Positions 51,332 to 63,917 of a stretch of DNA of 64,000 nt are shown piece after piece (positions within the stretch are counted from its first letter, which is position 1; every line of letters begins with the position of its first letter). Position numbers and translations under genes: made by a program. Where the stretch lies: the NCBI GenBank assembly GCA_024679065.1, contig JAGIQG010000022.1:26412001-26476000 (forward strand), written 5' to 3'. The notes beneath the pieces were generated by a model, which was not told the DNA's origin, did no database searches, and saw only the letters and a list, made by a program, of their open reading frames with translations. The stretch comes from Sphyrna mokarran (taxonomy: Eukaryota).

Positions 51332-52540
51332 TAGAACATAGAACATTACAGCACAGAACAGGCCCTTCGGCCTTCGATGTTGTGCCGACCAAAATAAAAA
51401 GCAATGCCCCTCCAAACTAAACCATTCCCTTCTCTTCCATATACTTATCAATTAACCTCTTACACGCCACCAAACTTGGCGCATCTACAACAGCTGCAGG
51501 CAGGGCATTCCACTCCCTAATCACTCTTTGAGTAAAGAACCTACCTCTGATAGCCGTCCTATAACTCATACCCCTTAATTTAAAGCTGTGTCCCCTCGTG
51601 CTACTTTCTCCATCCTAGGAAAAAGGCTATCACTGTCCACCCTATCTAAACCTCTAATCATCTTATATGCTTCAATAAGATCCCCTCTTAGCCGCCTCCT
51701 TTCTAACGAAAACAACCTCACATCCTTCAACCTCGCTTCATAGGACCTGCCCTCCATACCAGGCAACATCCTAGTAAACCTCCTCTGTACCCTCTCCAAT
51801 GCCTCCACATCTTTCTTATAATGTGGCGACCAGAACTGCACACAATACGCCAAGTGCGGCCGCACTAGAGTTTTGTACAGTTGCAACATGATGCTGCGGC
51901 TCCTAAATTCAATCCCCCTACCAATAAAAGCTAAGACTCCATATGCCTTCTTAACAACTTTATCCACTGACTGCCTACTTTCAGGGATCTATTGACACAT
52001 ACACCAAGATCCTTCTGTTCCTCAACACTATTAAGAGCCCTACCATTAGCCCTATACTCTACACATTTATTGTTCCTGCCAAAGTGCATTACCTCACACT
52101 TTTCACATTAAACTCCATTTGCCACCTCTCAGCCCAGCTCTGCAACTTGTCCAAGTCACTCTGTAAACTAAAACACCCCTCTTCACTATCTACCACACCA
52201 CCAACTTTAGTATCATCTGCAAATGTACTGATCCATCCCTCAATACCCTCATCCAGATCATTTATAAAAATTACAAACAGCAGGGGCCCCAAAACAGACC
52301 CCTGAGGCACACCACTCGTCCCCGAACTCCACGATGAATATCTCCCATCAACCACCACCCTCTGTCTTCTATCTGCCAGCCAATTCCTAATCCAATTAGC
52401 TAAATCACCCTCTATTCCACACATCTGCATTTTCTGTAGAAGTCTTCCATGGGCCACCTTATCAAACGCCTTACTAAAGTCCATATATACGACATCAACC
52501 GCCTTACCCCCATCCACCTCTTTGGTCACTTTCTCAAAAA
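51332..52540 (-). mobile_element. 5'-truncated CR1/HER1 LINE, young copy
   Basis: DFSKAFD, GVPQGSVLGPLLF, FADDTK, RPHLAYCVQFWSP; (TGTTCTA)n tail. Confidence 0.95.
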
Positions 52541-53014
52541 ACACTTTCTACAACTATTTCCAGGATAAAAACTTAACAAATGCCTCTTCAAACATGTGGA
52601 AAAGAACAAAACTAAAAAGCCATCAATATCAGACAGTCACCAGAAACTCATGGGAAATTCAGAAAAAAATTCTTTACCCAGAGATTTTTGGCAAGGATGT
52701 AATTTGCTATCAAAGAAAGAATAGAATAGATATTTGAAAAAGAGGTTCAATAAATATACGAGTGAGGAAGAACTAGAGGCTATGCTGGTAAATGAAGAGG
52801 ATCCAGTGGAATATAAATTGCCCTTGTATTTGTTGGCTCAAATGACATGCTTCTGTATGTATGGGCTATGGTATTCTAATGTCCCTTTTTCACTTTTTTA
52901 AAACTTACATTGAGCCGATGAATTCTTAAGTTGGAATGGCAACCAGCAACCATAATGAAAGGTTGTGAATTTGCAATAATGGGAGTAATAAATGAATTTT
53001 TATGTGCATATTGA

Positions 53015-53205
53015 GGGCAGCACAATGGCGCAGTGGTTAACACTGCCGCCTCACAGCTCCAGGGACTTGGGTTCAGTTTTGATTTCATGAGTCCGTCTGT
53101 GTGGAATTTGTACTTTTTCCCCATTGTGGGTTTACACAGGGGGCTCTGGTTTCCTCCCATAATCCAAAGATGTGTAGGTTAGGTGAATTGATCATGGGAA
53201 AAATT
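53015..53205 (+). mobile_element. HE1-type SINE 5' part
   Basis: gggcagcacaatggcgcagtggttaacactgccgcctcacagc head. Confidence 0.85.
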
Positions 53206-53761
53206 GCCTCTCAGTATGTGTGTGCCACGTGTATGTGCGAACCCTGGGGTATGGTGTCCCATCCTGGGTGTACCAGCTTAATTCCCAGTGTTTGTCAGAA
53301 GACAACCTGAATTGGAGTAAGCAGTTAAGTGAAAATGAAGAAGTGTTCAATGATCATTCACTAGCTATCAGACTTTACAATGCTGGCATCAGCAAAATTA
53401 CTCAGATGCCGGAATTCATCCCAAAAACATTAGAGAATTTTAGAAACAATGAATTCTGACTTTATAGTTCATTGGGGAAGTGACATTTTGAATAATGTGC
53501 CTAATTCAAAGGGATGTTGGTGGTACAGAAAAGCAAATATCCTCGATTATCAGATTTAACTTAGGAGAAGAAACACATCAAACTATATGTGGAGAAAAGA
53601 AAATAGTGAGACTATGATTATGCTGAGAAATGTTGATGTTGGCATGAGGACTGTTTGCTTTGGGTTCCAGTTACTGGGCTGAAGGGGCCCTGTTTCAGAA
53701 TTAATTTGTCTTAGTTGAGGGTAAAGATCAGAATAATTTCTCAACTCTCACCCAATAAACA

Positions 53762-54086
53762 AATCATAGAATCGCTACAGTGCAGAAAGGGGCCATTCAG
53801 CCCATCACATCTGCACACTCAATCTCATCCAGGTCCTAGCCCAATAACCCCACCTATTTACACTAGCTCATCCCCCTGACACTAATTTAGTGTGGCCAAT
53901 CAACGTAACTCGCACATCTTTGGACCATGGGGGAAACAGGAGCACTTTGAGGAAACCCCCGCAAACACTGGAAACATGTACAAATTCCGCACAAACAGTG
54001 ACCTGAGGAAGGAATTGAATCCGGATCTTTGCAAATATTACACTGCTGTGAGGCAGCAGTGCTAACCACTGTGCCACCATGCTGCC
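53762..54086 (-). mobile_element. HE1 SINE
   Basis: Head, V-domain, tail tctatgatt. Confidence 0.9.
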
Positions 54087-54194
54087 TGTCCTGGAATGAT
54101 TCCCAGTACTGAGTCTGAAATAATTAACTTGTAAAAAGTAATTCATGAAATAGGACTGGGTTTGGAGGCTAAGGAGTTACACACATGCAATGTA

Positions 54195-54280
54195 CACAGT
54201 AAGTAGTCTCACAACACTGGGTTAAAATCCAACAGGTTTATTTGGTAGCACAAACTTTCAGAGTGTTGCCCCTTATCAGG
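54195..54280 (-). mobile_element. Single-arm Penelope family A fragment with decayed hammerhead
   Basis: gtaagtagtctcacaacactgggttaaaatccaacagg; reverse strand CTGATAA..GAAAgtttgtg. Confidence 0.7.
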
Positions 54281-54329
54281 GCATGATAGTTTCTATTGTT
54301 CAAGGGTAGGAGAATGTCTTAAGTCAGAG

Positions 54330-56320
54330 TCACTTAAATAGTAAAAAAATAGTCAAAGGAAGAATAGGATCAATTAGAGACCAAACGGAAATCTTGTGAG
54401 GCAGCCAGCTGAGCTGAGGTATTAAATGAATACTTTGCATCAGTTTTCACCATGTAAGTGGTTTCTGTAAAGGGGAGGGTGGAATTGACTTTGGAAAGGA
54501 TGAAAAATAAAGTGGCGACACTGAAAAGATTGGCAAGTCCTCAAAGTAGAAATGTCACATAGTTGTACCTGAAGTTACTGAGAAAAGTAAGGGTCAAGAT
54601 TACAGTGATTCGAGCCACAGACTTTCAATCTTGCTTAGTTATGGAGATGGTACCAGAGGACTTGGAGGATTGCAAATATTATAACCCTGTTTAAAAAGGG
54701 GTAACAATAGCTTGGCAACTAATGTTAGCTTAACAACAGCGTGGAGAAACTTTGAGTCCGTGATACTGGAAAAATACGATTTGCATTTGTTAATGTGTGG
54801 TCTAATAAATGAAAGTCAACACAGATTTGCTGGGGGTAAATCTTTATTGATTAACTTGGTTGCGTTTTTTGAGGAAGTAGCAGAAGGTCGTGCGGTTCAT
54901 ATTATTCATGTAGACATCCGTAAAATATTTGACAAAATGGTGCATAACGGACATGTTGGCAAAATTAAAGCCCATGTGATTGTGATCCATGTGGCAATAT
55001 GGATACAAAATTGGCAATGGCACAGAAAAAAGAGTAGTAGTGACTTGTTCTAAAACTGAAGGAAACTGTACAGTGCTGTTCCACAGGGCTGATGTGAGAC
55101 CAATTATATTTCAATACATATTAATGACACGCACATAAATAATCAGCACATAATTTCAATGTTTGCTGACGACATGGAGTTCAAAAATGTAATTAATTAG
55201 TAATTAATGAATAGGATAGTTTTAGACTTTTGAAGGACAAGGACAGATTAGTAAAATGGATAGCTCATGCCTGTTATATAATCAAGCTGGGAATTGAAGC
55301 CAGGGACCCAGGTTCAATTTCTGGCTTGGGTCATTGTCTGTGTACAGATTGCGTGTCTTCCCTGTGTCTGCGTGGGTTTTGTCTGAGTGCTCCGGTTTGC
55401 TCCCACTGTTCAAAGATGTGCAGGTTAGGTGAGTTGGCCATACTAAATTCTCTCTGTGTACCCAAACAGGCGCCTGTGTGTGGCAACCAGAGGATTTTCA
55501 CACTAATTTCACTGCAATGTGAATGTATGCCTACTTGTGACTAATGGACAAACTTTACTTTTACTTTAATCCATGGAAGCGTGGAATGCTAGAATGAGAG
55601 GCATTGTAAACTAAATGGTGGTTTTTAAAATAGGGTAGGAACACAGAGAACCGGAAGTGAATTCACACAAATCTCTGACGATGGCAGAACAAGTTGAGAA
55701 GGCTGCTCATGAACACTTGAGATCCTTGCTTTATTAGGAGAGACACTGAGTGCAAAAGAAAGGAAGTTAAAGCTAAAGCTTTATAAAACACTGGTGAGAT
55801 CTCAGTGAAAGCATTGTCTTCAATTCTGGACACCATTCTTCAGGAAGGATGTCGAGGCCTTTGAGTGGATATGAAATCGATTTACTCAAATGGCCTCTAG
55901 ATTAAGTGACTATATTGAAAGACTGGAAAAAGTGTGCTGTTTTCCTTGGAGTAGAGAAGATAAAGAGATTTGATAGAGATGTCTAGAACATATAAACAGT
56001 TTTGATAACATTAAGTAAGAAATAGTTTCCGATGGCAGAAGGATTAGTAACTGGAGGACTCTGATTTGAGATGTTTGATGAAAGGGCCATTAGGAATTTT
56101 CCTTCATGCAGCAAATTTTGACCTGGAATTAAATGCTTGTTGGGCGACAGAAGCAAACTGACTAGTAACTTTCAAACGGGAATTAAATAAGTAACTAAAG
56201 GAAACTATTTGTTGGACTATGGGATAAGAGCAAGGAGGTGAAAACTTGTTGGGGAAGTCTAGCAAAGGAAGTAATGGTCAAATGGTCTCTGTCTGCACTG
56301 TCATTTACGATTCCACATGA
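54330..56320 (+). mobile_element. Old CR1 ORF2 region, disrupted
   Basis: LNEYFASVF, SQHRFAGGKSLLINLVAFFEEV, FADD (tttgctgacgac) remnants. Confidence 0.85.
55298..55560 (+). mobile_element. HE1-type SINE nested in CR1
   Basis: gccagggacccaggttcaatt, V-domain, cttgtgactaat tail. Confidence 0.85.
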
Positions 56321-57264
56321 AGGTGGTTTGAATTTTGTTCAGTTATCTTTGTGGATTAGATAGAGGGTGGAGTTCTTCAGCTGTGCTGGTCTATAAGCCG
56401 GAAACTATCAATGGGCTTTCACATTATACACAACCTGCCTGCTAAAATTCCAGTGGCGGACGGAATTGGAAAATTCCAACCAGAATTTAGGTAAGATTTC
56501 CTGTTGACTAATTTGATGGTATAGAGTCTAACAGAGAAGCTGTGGGACCAGAGAAACATATGAGAGCAAGAATTAAGAAGAACAACTAAAGAGAGGGATG
56601 AATGAGGAACAGTGGAGCATGGTTCAAGTATTTCTAGGCAAATGTTTGAAGTGGGTCTAGAATTAATATCGGGGAAATAGAAGTCTTAATTAGAGAGGGA
56701 TGATGTCTCATTTTTGATTGAAACAGATTGGGGTAAAAAAGAACCAGCCAGCAGTAGAAAATATTTTAAATATTAGATGATGGAGACAGAGAAAAATTGC
56801 ACAAATCCGGAGTAAATTGATGCTATTAAAGTCCATTGTTCTGTACAAGAACAAGGTTAAACTATAAGTGACATATGAAATATGCAATTAAATAATGGGA
56901 AGATCCTCCAATGGGAAAAAAAAGAGGTTAGGTGGGTTATGACAGGGTCAAGAAAAATCTGATGACTGGAGAAAGGTGATAAAATAAAGGTGTTTCTAAG
57001 TATATATGAAGCACCAGCAGAAAAGATGAGGCCATTGTTAAGAACCCCACTGGCGTGAAATGCGAGGGTATCCCAAAACCCAGAAGAGTAACTTGGAAAC
57101 ATAGGTTCTAGGTGTTGTATATTATCAGTTTGGTATAATGTGAGGAATGATAGGCAAACCGGTGAGAAATCATCCTATCTTGTTGTAATCAATTAATAAA
57201 AGTACTTTAATAACAAAAGAAACACACAAGAAAAACTACAATACACTACAATGGTATCCGTAAC

Positions 57265-57478
57265 NNNNNNNNNNNNNNNNNNNNNNNNNNNNNNNNNNNN
57301 NNNNNNNNNNNNNNNNNNNNNNNNNNNNNNNNNNNNNNNNNNNNNNNNNNNNNNNNNNNNNNNNNNNNNNNNNNNNNNNNNNNNNNNNNNNNNNNNNNNN
57401 NNNNNNNNNNNNNNNNNNNNNNNNNNNNNNNNNNNNNNNNNNNNNNNNNNNNNNNNNNNNNNNNNNNNNNNNNNNNNN
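57265..57478. other. Assembly gap (214 N)
   Basis: Run of N. Confidence 1.
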
Positions 57479-57799
57479 TTCTCAGTTATCCATGTTCTAG
57501 AACATTCAGAAATGCCTCTTCTCCAAACAACATCCAATTGAATAGAACTCTATAGGCTTAATGCAGCAGGTAATTAATACCCACAGGTTATTTTCCAATT
57601 TTGGAAAGCCTCCTTCAATGTGTCCAGTGTTTCTTCTCTGTTAGATGTTTTAAATAGCAGCTTTCGTTACCTCCTTACTTTTTCCTTTTTGGGAGAACCT
57701 GCTTTCTCTGGATGTGACTATAGTAGTAGCTGCTCTACTTCTCTGTACTCAGCTGTCCTGTTGTGCTTATGCTGTTTCTTCTCTTTTGCTATTCTATCT

Positions 57800-57950
57800 C
57801 ATAGAAATCATAGAAGAAGGAGACCATTTGGCCAAAGCCTGTGCTGACAAGTCCACCCAGTCACTATCCCTGTAACTCCACGTATTTACCCTGCTTATCC
57901 CGCTGACACTAAGAGGAACTTCAGCATGGCCAATCCAAATTACTCACACA
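57800..57950 (-). mobile_element. HE1 SINE 3' fragment
   Basis: catagaaatcatagaa tail; ctgacactaag...gcatggccaatcc. Confidence 0.7.
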
Positions 57951-58334
57951 TCTCAATAACATCTCAGACCAATCTTTTAGCATATACATGCAAATTATAA
58001 TCTTCTCTCTCCACCTTGAACTCACCTCTCCCACAGTTCTAACACCGATTTCCATACATCGTTGTTCAATCCCTAAGTCACTCATTTGCCTTCTGCTGCC
58101 TTAATTCATATTTCAAAGAATCCCTTCAAACATAATTTATCTACCCATTCTTCATATTATTTTATCCAAATTTTATTTTTAATCTTACTGTAACTCGATT
58201 TGTAAATTGTTCTTCTACTCCAATATCTTGACATTGAGATGAAAGTAGTCATACAGCGGACACTAATTCTTTTTAAAGTTTTTAGTGTCACACATAGGCT
58301 TATGCAGTTGATGTGAAAATCCCCTAGTTGTCAT

Positions 58335-61300
58335 AATAAAGAACAAAGAACAAAACAGCATGGGAAACAGGCCCTTCGGCCCAACGAGCCCACGCCGCCA
58401 CCCCAATGTTCCCACCTCTACCCATGATCCCTGTCTATGTTTATAGATCTATGGATTAAAAACCAAATTTGAGACAATTTAGGGAGAATTTGTTTTGCCA
58501 ATTAGCCCAAGAGCACATCTTTGGGATGTGGGAGGAAACCGGAGCACCTGGAGAAAACCTATGCAAGCACAGGGAGAATGTGCAAACTCCCACAGACACA
58601 GGCCCAAATCCATGTATCTGCACAGCACAGCGATAGTCACTGAACTGTCGTGCTGCCAATCAAATGGTCCAGGTCAAGTGTACACTAACGACATGAAGCA
58701 CTAGGATACTCTCAAAAAAAATCCAGAGCAGCCCTCTCGCGACCCATCGCGGGTATGCCCCTTGTTAGACCAAGGTGGACCAAAGCACCTGCAGATAAAA
58801 ACAAGTACATCAATATCATCATCTATTTACACACTTCCCAGGGACTCCCAAGGCTCATGATCCCTATTTTAAATCAGTTTTCTATATCCCTCCATCTCCA
58901 TTCTGTTCATGTGCCAATCTAAGTATTTCTTAAATAACTCGAGTGCCTGTCCCCACCATTTTACTTGGCAGCGCATTCCATACCCCCACCGCCCTCTGTG
59001 TGAAAAAACTCCCTCTAGCATCCAAATTATACTTTGCGCCCCTCACCTTAAGCCTGTGACCCCTCGTGCTATTTGAGTCCATTCTAGGAAAAAGCTTAAA
59101 CCTGTTTACTCTATCTATACCCCTCACAATCTTGTACACCTCTATTAGATCTCCTCTAAGTCTACGTCTTTCTAAGGAAAACAGCCCCAATTTGCCTAAT
59201 CTCTCCTCGTAACTCAGACCTTACATATCAGGCAGCATCCTGGTAAACCTTCTCTGCACTCTCTCCAGAATCTCCATGTCCTTCCGGTAGTAAGGTCACC
59301 AGAACTGGACGCAGTATTCCAAATGAGGTCTAACCAACATTTTATACAACTGCAACATTAAAGGCCAGCTCTTGTACTCTATAACTCTTCCTATAAAGAC
59401 TAGCATGCCATATGCTTTCTTCACAACCTTCTCCACCTGCTCTGCCACCTTCAGAGACTTGTGCACCTGCACCCCCGGTCCCTCTGCATTTCTATATTCT
59501 TAATAGGTCCACCCTTTATTCCTCCCCCCTACATTCTTTCTCCCCAAATGCATCATCTCGCATTTATCAGGATTGAATTCCATCTGCCATCTATCTGCCC
59601 AAGCTACCAGCCTATCTATGTCCTGCTGCATCACCTGACGATGCTCCTCACTATCCGCAAATCCAGCCATCTTTGTATCATCTGCAAACTTGCTGATCAC
59701 TCCACTTATATTACAAATATATATTACAAATAGAAGAGGTCCCAGTGCCGAGCCCTGCAGTATACCACTAGTGACCGACCTCCAGCTAGAAAAACACCCT
59801 TCCACTATTACTCTCTGTCTTCTATTACCAAGCCAGTTACTTATCCATCTAGCTAGCCGTCCGTGTATCCCATGAGCCTTGACTTTTTCAACTAACCTCC
59901 CATGAGGGACTTTGTCAAATGCCTTACTGAAATCCATATAGACGACAACAACGGCTTGCCCTTTGTCCATCTTTTTCATCACCTCCTCAAAAAATTCTAC
60001 CAGATTCATAAGGCACAACCTCCCCTTAACAGATCCATGCTGCGTATCTCTAATCAGATCGCAATGCTCTAAGTGCCTATACATCCTATCTCTAAGAATC
60101 CCCTCCAACAGCTTCCCTACCACTGATGTCAAACTCACGGGCCTATAATTTCCAGGGTTATCCCTACTACCCTTTTTAAACAACAGTACAACATTAGCTA
60201 TTCTCCAGTCCTCTAGGACCTCACCTGTGTCTAAAGAAGAGACAAAGATTTGCATCAGAGGCCCAGCAATTTCACCTTGCAGCTCCCTGAGCAGCCTAGG
60301 ATAGAAGCTCTGAACTTCCTTCCTTGGTATGAATAGGTCCCGCAAGTGGTCCACAGCTCCCTCAGAGACAGGAGCTGTCAACAAGCCCCTCTCCTTCGTG
60401 AATACCGACGCAAAGTATTCATTCAGGATCTCTGTCATTCCCTTGGGCTCTAAGCACAGTTCCCCTCCTCTGTCCCTAAGAGGTCTGATTTTTCCTCTAA
60501 CCACCCTTTTATTTCTAACATAGGAGTAAAAAGCCTTTGGATTTTCCTTAATCCTATCCACCAAAATCATTTCATTGCCCCCTTTTTGCCCTTCTAACTC
60601 CCCATTTGAGCTCCCCTCTACTCTCTCTGTATTCCTCCAACGCTGTCTCCATTCCCTGCTGCTTTGATCTATCATATGCCTCTCTTTTCTCCTAGCCAAG
60701 TCCTCAATATCCCTAGTAATCCACGGCTCTCTAATTCTACCTTTCCCATCTTTCCTCTTAATCGGCACATATCTTTCTTGGAACATTTTCAGTATTCCCT
60801 TGAAAGAGTCCCATATGCCTAGCGTGGACTTATCCTCAAATAACCGTTCCCAATCAGTTTCCATAAGTTCCTGCCTAATCTGACTGTAGTTAGCCTTCCC
60901 CCAATTCAGCATCCTCCCCCCAGAGCAACAAGCATCCTTTTCCATCTGTATCCTAAAGTAGACAGAATTGTGGTCAGTTGCCCTACTACAACATCAACCA
61001 CCTGCCCTGGCTCATTACTCAGAACTAAATCCAATATAGCCCCTTCTCTAGTCGGGCTAGGCACATACTGCTCCAACGATCATTCCAGTACACATTTTAC
61101 AAATTCCTGCCCATCCAAACCCCCAGCTCTAGATACCTTCCAATCCACCTTAGGGAGATTAAAATCTCCTTCTATAATGACTCTGTTCTTTCTGCACCTA
61201 TCCAAAATATCTTTACATATGCCTTCTTCAACTACCCGCGGGCTGTTGGGTGGCCTATAATACACCACTAGCATAGTAATGGCCCCCTTCCTATTCCTCA

Positions 61301-62265
61301 ACTCCACCCACAGCGATTCCACTCCTAACTACTCTGTATTGTCGTTTCTCTGCACCGCCGTGATGCTCTCCTTAACTAACAACACCACTCCTCCACCTCT
61401 TCTGGACCCTCCTCTGTCACGCCTGAAACACTTATACCTAGGAATATTCAGCTGCCACTGGTCCCCTTCCTTTAACCACGTCTCTGTCACCGCAACCACA
61501 TCCAAGTTCCTCACAAACATTAAGGCCCTAAGTTCATCCTTTTTCCTGTTACGCTCTTCGCATTGAAACAGACACACTCCAGACCTCCAAGCCCACTTGG
61601 AACCTCCTTCTCCCTGGTGTATTTCTTCTCATCCAAGCTTACTCTATCTCCCATCTCGCTCTCTACCGAGCTATCGGTCTCAGCCCCTCTCCCCCCCCAT
61701 ATTAGTTTAAACCCTGCCAAAATACTCCAGCTAACCTCCCAGCTAAGATATTCACAACCTTCCCATTTAAGTGTTCTCCGTCCCTTCTATACAGGTGCCC
61801 TTCTTTCACAAATACTTCCCAGTTATCCACAAATATGAAACCCTCTGCCCTACACTAATCCTTCAGCCATGCATTCAGCTGTAGGATCTCATTTCTCCGC
61901 TATTACCTGGCCCTGGTAGCAGCCCTGAGATCGCCACCTTGGAGCCTTGCTCTTCAGCCAACCCCCCCAACTCCCTGAACTGCCTTCGTATATCCTCCTT
62001 GCTCTTCCTTTCTACATCCTTCTCTCCTATGTGAATAATCACATCCCCTCACCCTTCAAAATGCCCTCTACCCTGGCAGACACATCTTGCACCCCTGCTC
62101 CAGGGAGACAAACTACCATCCTGGAGTCCCGCCTTGGACCACAGTAGCGTCTATCTATTCCTTTAACCCTCCCATTCCCCACCACTATCTCCTTTCTAGC
62201 CCCTTTCGTTCCCTTTGAGATACTCTTGTCCTCCTGCCTTACCTTTTTTACCCCTCCGCCCTCGA
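58335..62265 (-). mobile_element. 3.9-kb CR1 LINE: ORF1 esterase part, APE endonuclease, RT and long 3'UTR; inactivated
   Basis: IVVGNGRVKG..VCLPGAGVQDV (ORF1); CFNA, VAVTETWL, RGGGV, YYRPPN, GDFNLP (APE); NYRPVSLTS, DFSKAFD, KFADDTK (RT); frameshifts and deletions; (TTGTTCT)n tail. Confidence 0.95.
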
Positions 62266-62274
62266 TATTTTGGG

Positions 62275-62475
62275 TCTGGCGCCTGGCAGTGTATTCATGT
62301 ACACTGGGAGAATTTAGCATGGCCAATGCACCTAATCAGTGCGTCTTTTGGACTACGATAGGAAACCAGAGCAGGCAGAGGAGAATGCGTAGACTCGGCA
62401 CAGAGTGACCCAAGCTGGGAATTGGACTCGAGTCCTTGATGCTGAAAGACAATAGTCCTTGCACTGTGCTGCCCC
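62275..62475 (-). mobile_element. 5' part of an HE1-type SINE whose 3' part lies at 58270-58334
   Basis: The two pieces join colinearly when compared with the intact copies at 3832-4098 and 10490-10760. Confidence 0.75.
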
Positions 62476-62789
62476 TAAATGGCAGATATCTAACAAATGT
62501 TTTCATGTTCATTTACGGATGCGGAGAAAAGAGAAATTGTTGGAACTTTGTGGATAGAAGACCAACAAGCAGATATAGGGATGAGTTTTCACTTTTACTG
62601 TTGAATGGAATATGAGTCTTGGTGGATAAGCTGTTCCTTCAAATAGATGCATTCTTATCAATCCCACTTTATTTTATCCAAATGAACAACTTGCCCTTCA
62701 ATGTTAGCAAGAATCAGATGGGATGTGAAATGGGCAGATATTCCACTATCACTGACAGAAAATTCAACCCTTACATATTGAGAGGAAAT

Positions 62790-62975
62790 GATTTTTTGAT
62801 TTGATTTATTATTGTCACGTGTATCAACATACAGTGAAAAATATTGTTTTTTATGCACTATAAAAAACAGTGCATAAACTGACAAAACATACTATTCATC
62901 GCAAAGGAAAGAGTGCAGAATGTAGTGTTACAGTCATATGTAGGGTGTAGAGAAAGATCAGCTTAATGCGAAGTA
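62790..62975 (-). mobile_element. 3' end of a LINE (Rex1/L2-like, inferred)
   Basis: Reverse strand ends gtgacaataataaatcaaatcaaaaaatc (polyA signal plus short-repeat tail). Confidence 0.45.
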
Positions 62976-63009
62976 TTAATGGTATGAAAGATCTGATAAA
63001 AATTAACTT

Positions 63010-63917
63010 TCATGTGAAGATGCCAGTATTGGACTTGGGTAGGCAAGGCTCACAACATCAAGTTAAAGTCCAACAGGTTCATTGGCAGCACTAACTTTCA
63101 GAGTCACAGGCTCCTTCATCAGGTGAGTGAAGAGCTGTGTTCACAAACAGAGCATATACAGGCACAAACTCAACTTACAAGATAATGGTTGGAATGTGAG
63201 TCTTTACAGGTAACCAAGTCTTAAAGGCACAGACAGTGTGAATGGACAGAGGACGAAGAGATGTGTATTTTCTCCAGCCAGGACTACCAGTGAGATTTTG
63301 CAAGCTGAGGCAAGTTGTGGTGGTTACAGATAGTGTGACATGAACCCAAGATCCTGATTGAAGCCGTCCTCGTGTGCGGAATTTGGTTATCAGTTTCTGC
63401 TCAGTGACTCTGCATTGTCATGTGTTATGAAGGCTGTCTTGGAGAATGCTTACCCGAAGATTAAAGGCTGAAAGCTTGTGGCTGCTGAAGTGTTCCCCCA
63501 CAGGAACAGAACAGTCCTGTCTGCTGTTTGGTGAGTGGTGTTCATTCATTTGCTATTGTAGTGTCTTCATGGTCTCCCCAATGTACCATGCCTTGGGACA
63601 TCCTTTCCTGGGATCTTGAGTTCATGTCATAATATCTATAACCTCCACGACTTGCCTGGGCTTGCAAAATCTCACTAACTGTCCTGGCTGGAGACATTGC
63701 ACATCTCTTTAAACTGTGCTTAACCCTCTCTCCACTCACATTATCTGTACCTTTAAGACTTGATTACCTGTAAAGACTCGCATTCCAACCATTATCTTGT
63801 AAATTGAGACTGTGAACACAACTCTTCACTCATCTGATGAAGGAGCTTGAGACTCCAAAACCTCGTGCTGCCAAATAAATTTGTTGGACTTTAACCTAGT
63901 GTTGTGAGACTTCTTAC
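63010..63917 (-). mobile_element. 5'-truncated Penelope-like element with inverted pseudo-LTR, GIY-YIG endonuclease remnant and 12-bp TSD
   Basis: Minus strand 63324-63610 reads KGCPKAWYIGETMKTL*QMNEH..VPVGEHF..EQKLITKFRT..DGFNQDLGFMSHYL*; arms 63049-63354 and 63611-63908; TSD aaaaattaactt at 62998-63009 and 63918-63929. Confidence 0.9.
63088..63127 (-). ncRNA. Minimal type I hammerhead ribozyme motif
   Basis: cac-CTGATGA-a-ggag(cctgtga)ctct-GAAA-gt-TA-gtg: both core boxes, stem I cac/gtg, stem II with a G-U pair. Confidence 0.65.

Noticed and set aside
56640-56850. Possible very old APE endonuclease remnant
   Set aside because: Too degraded to support by eye
57193-57541. ORFs spanning the N run
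   Set aside because: Gap artefact
57105-57600. Possible LTR around the gap
   Set aside because: TGTTG start seen, but the interior is missing and no matching end or TSD can be fixed
59500-60945. 481-aa ORF as a host gene or active RT
   Set aside because: It is CR1 ORF2 with frameshifted segments and internal deletions, and is disconnected from its endonuclease
62850-62878. Small hairpin tttatgcact/agtgcataaa
   Set aside because: 10-bp AT-rich arms inside a LINE tail; no evidence of function
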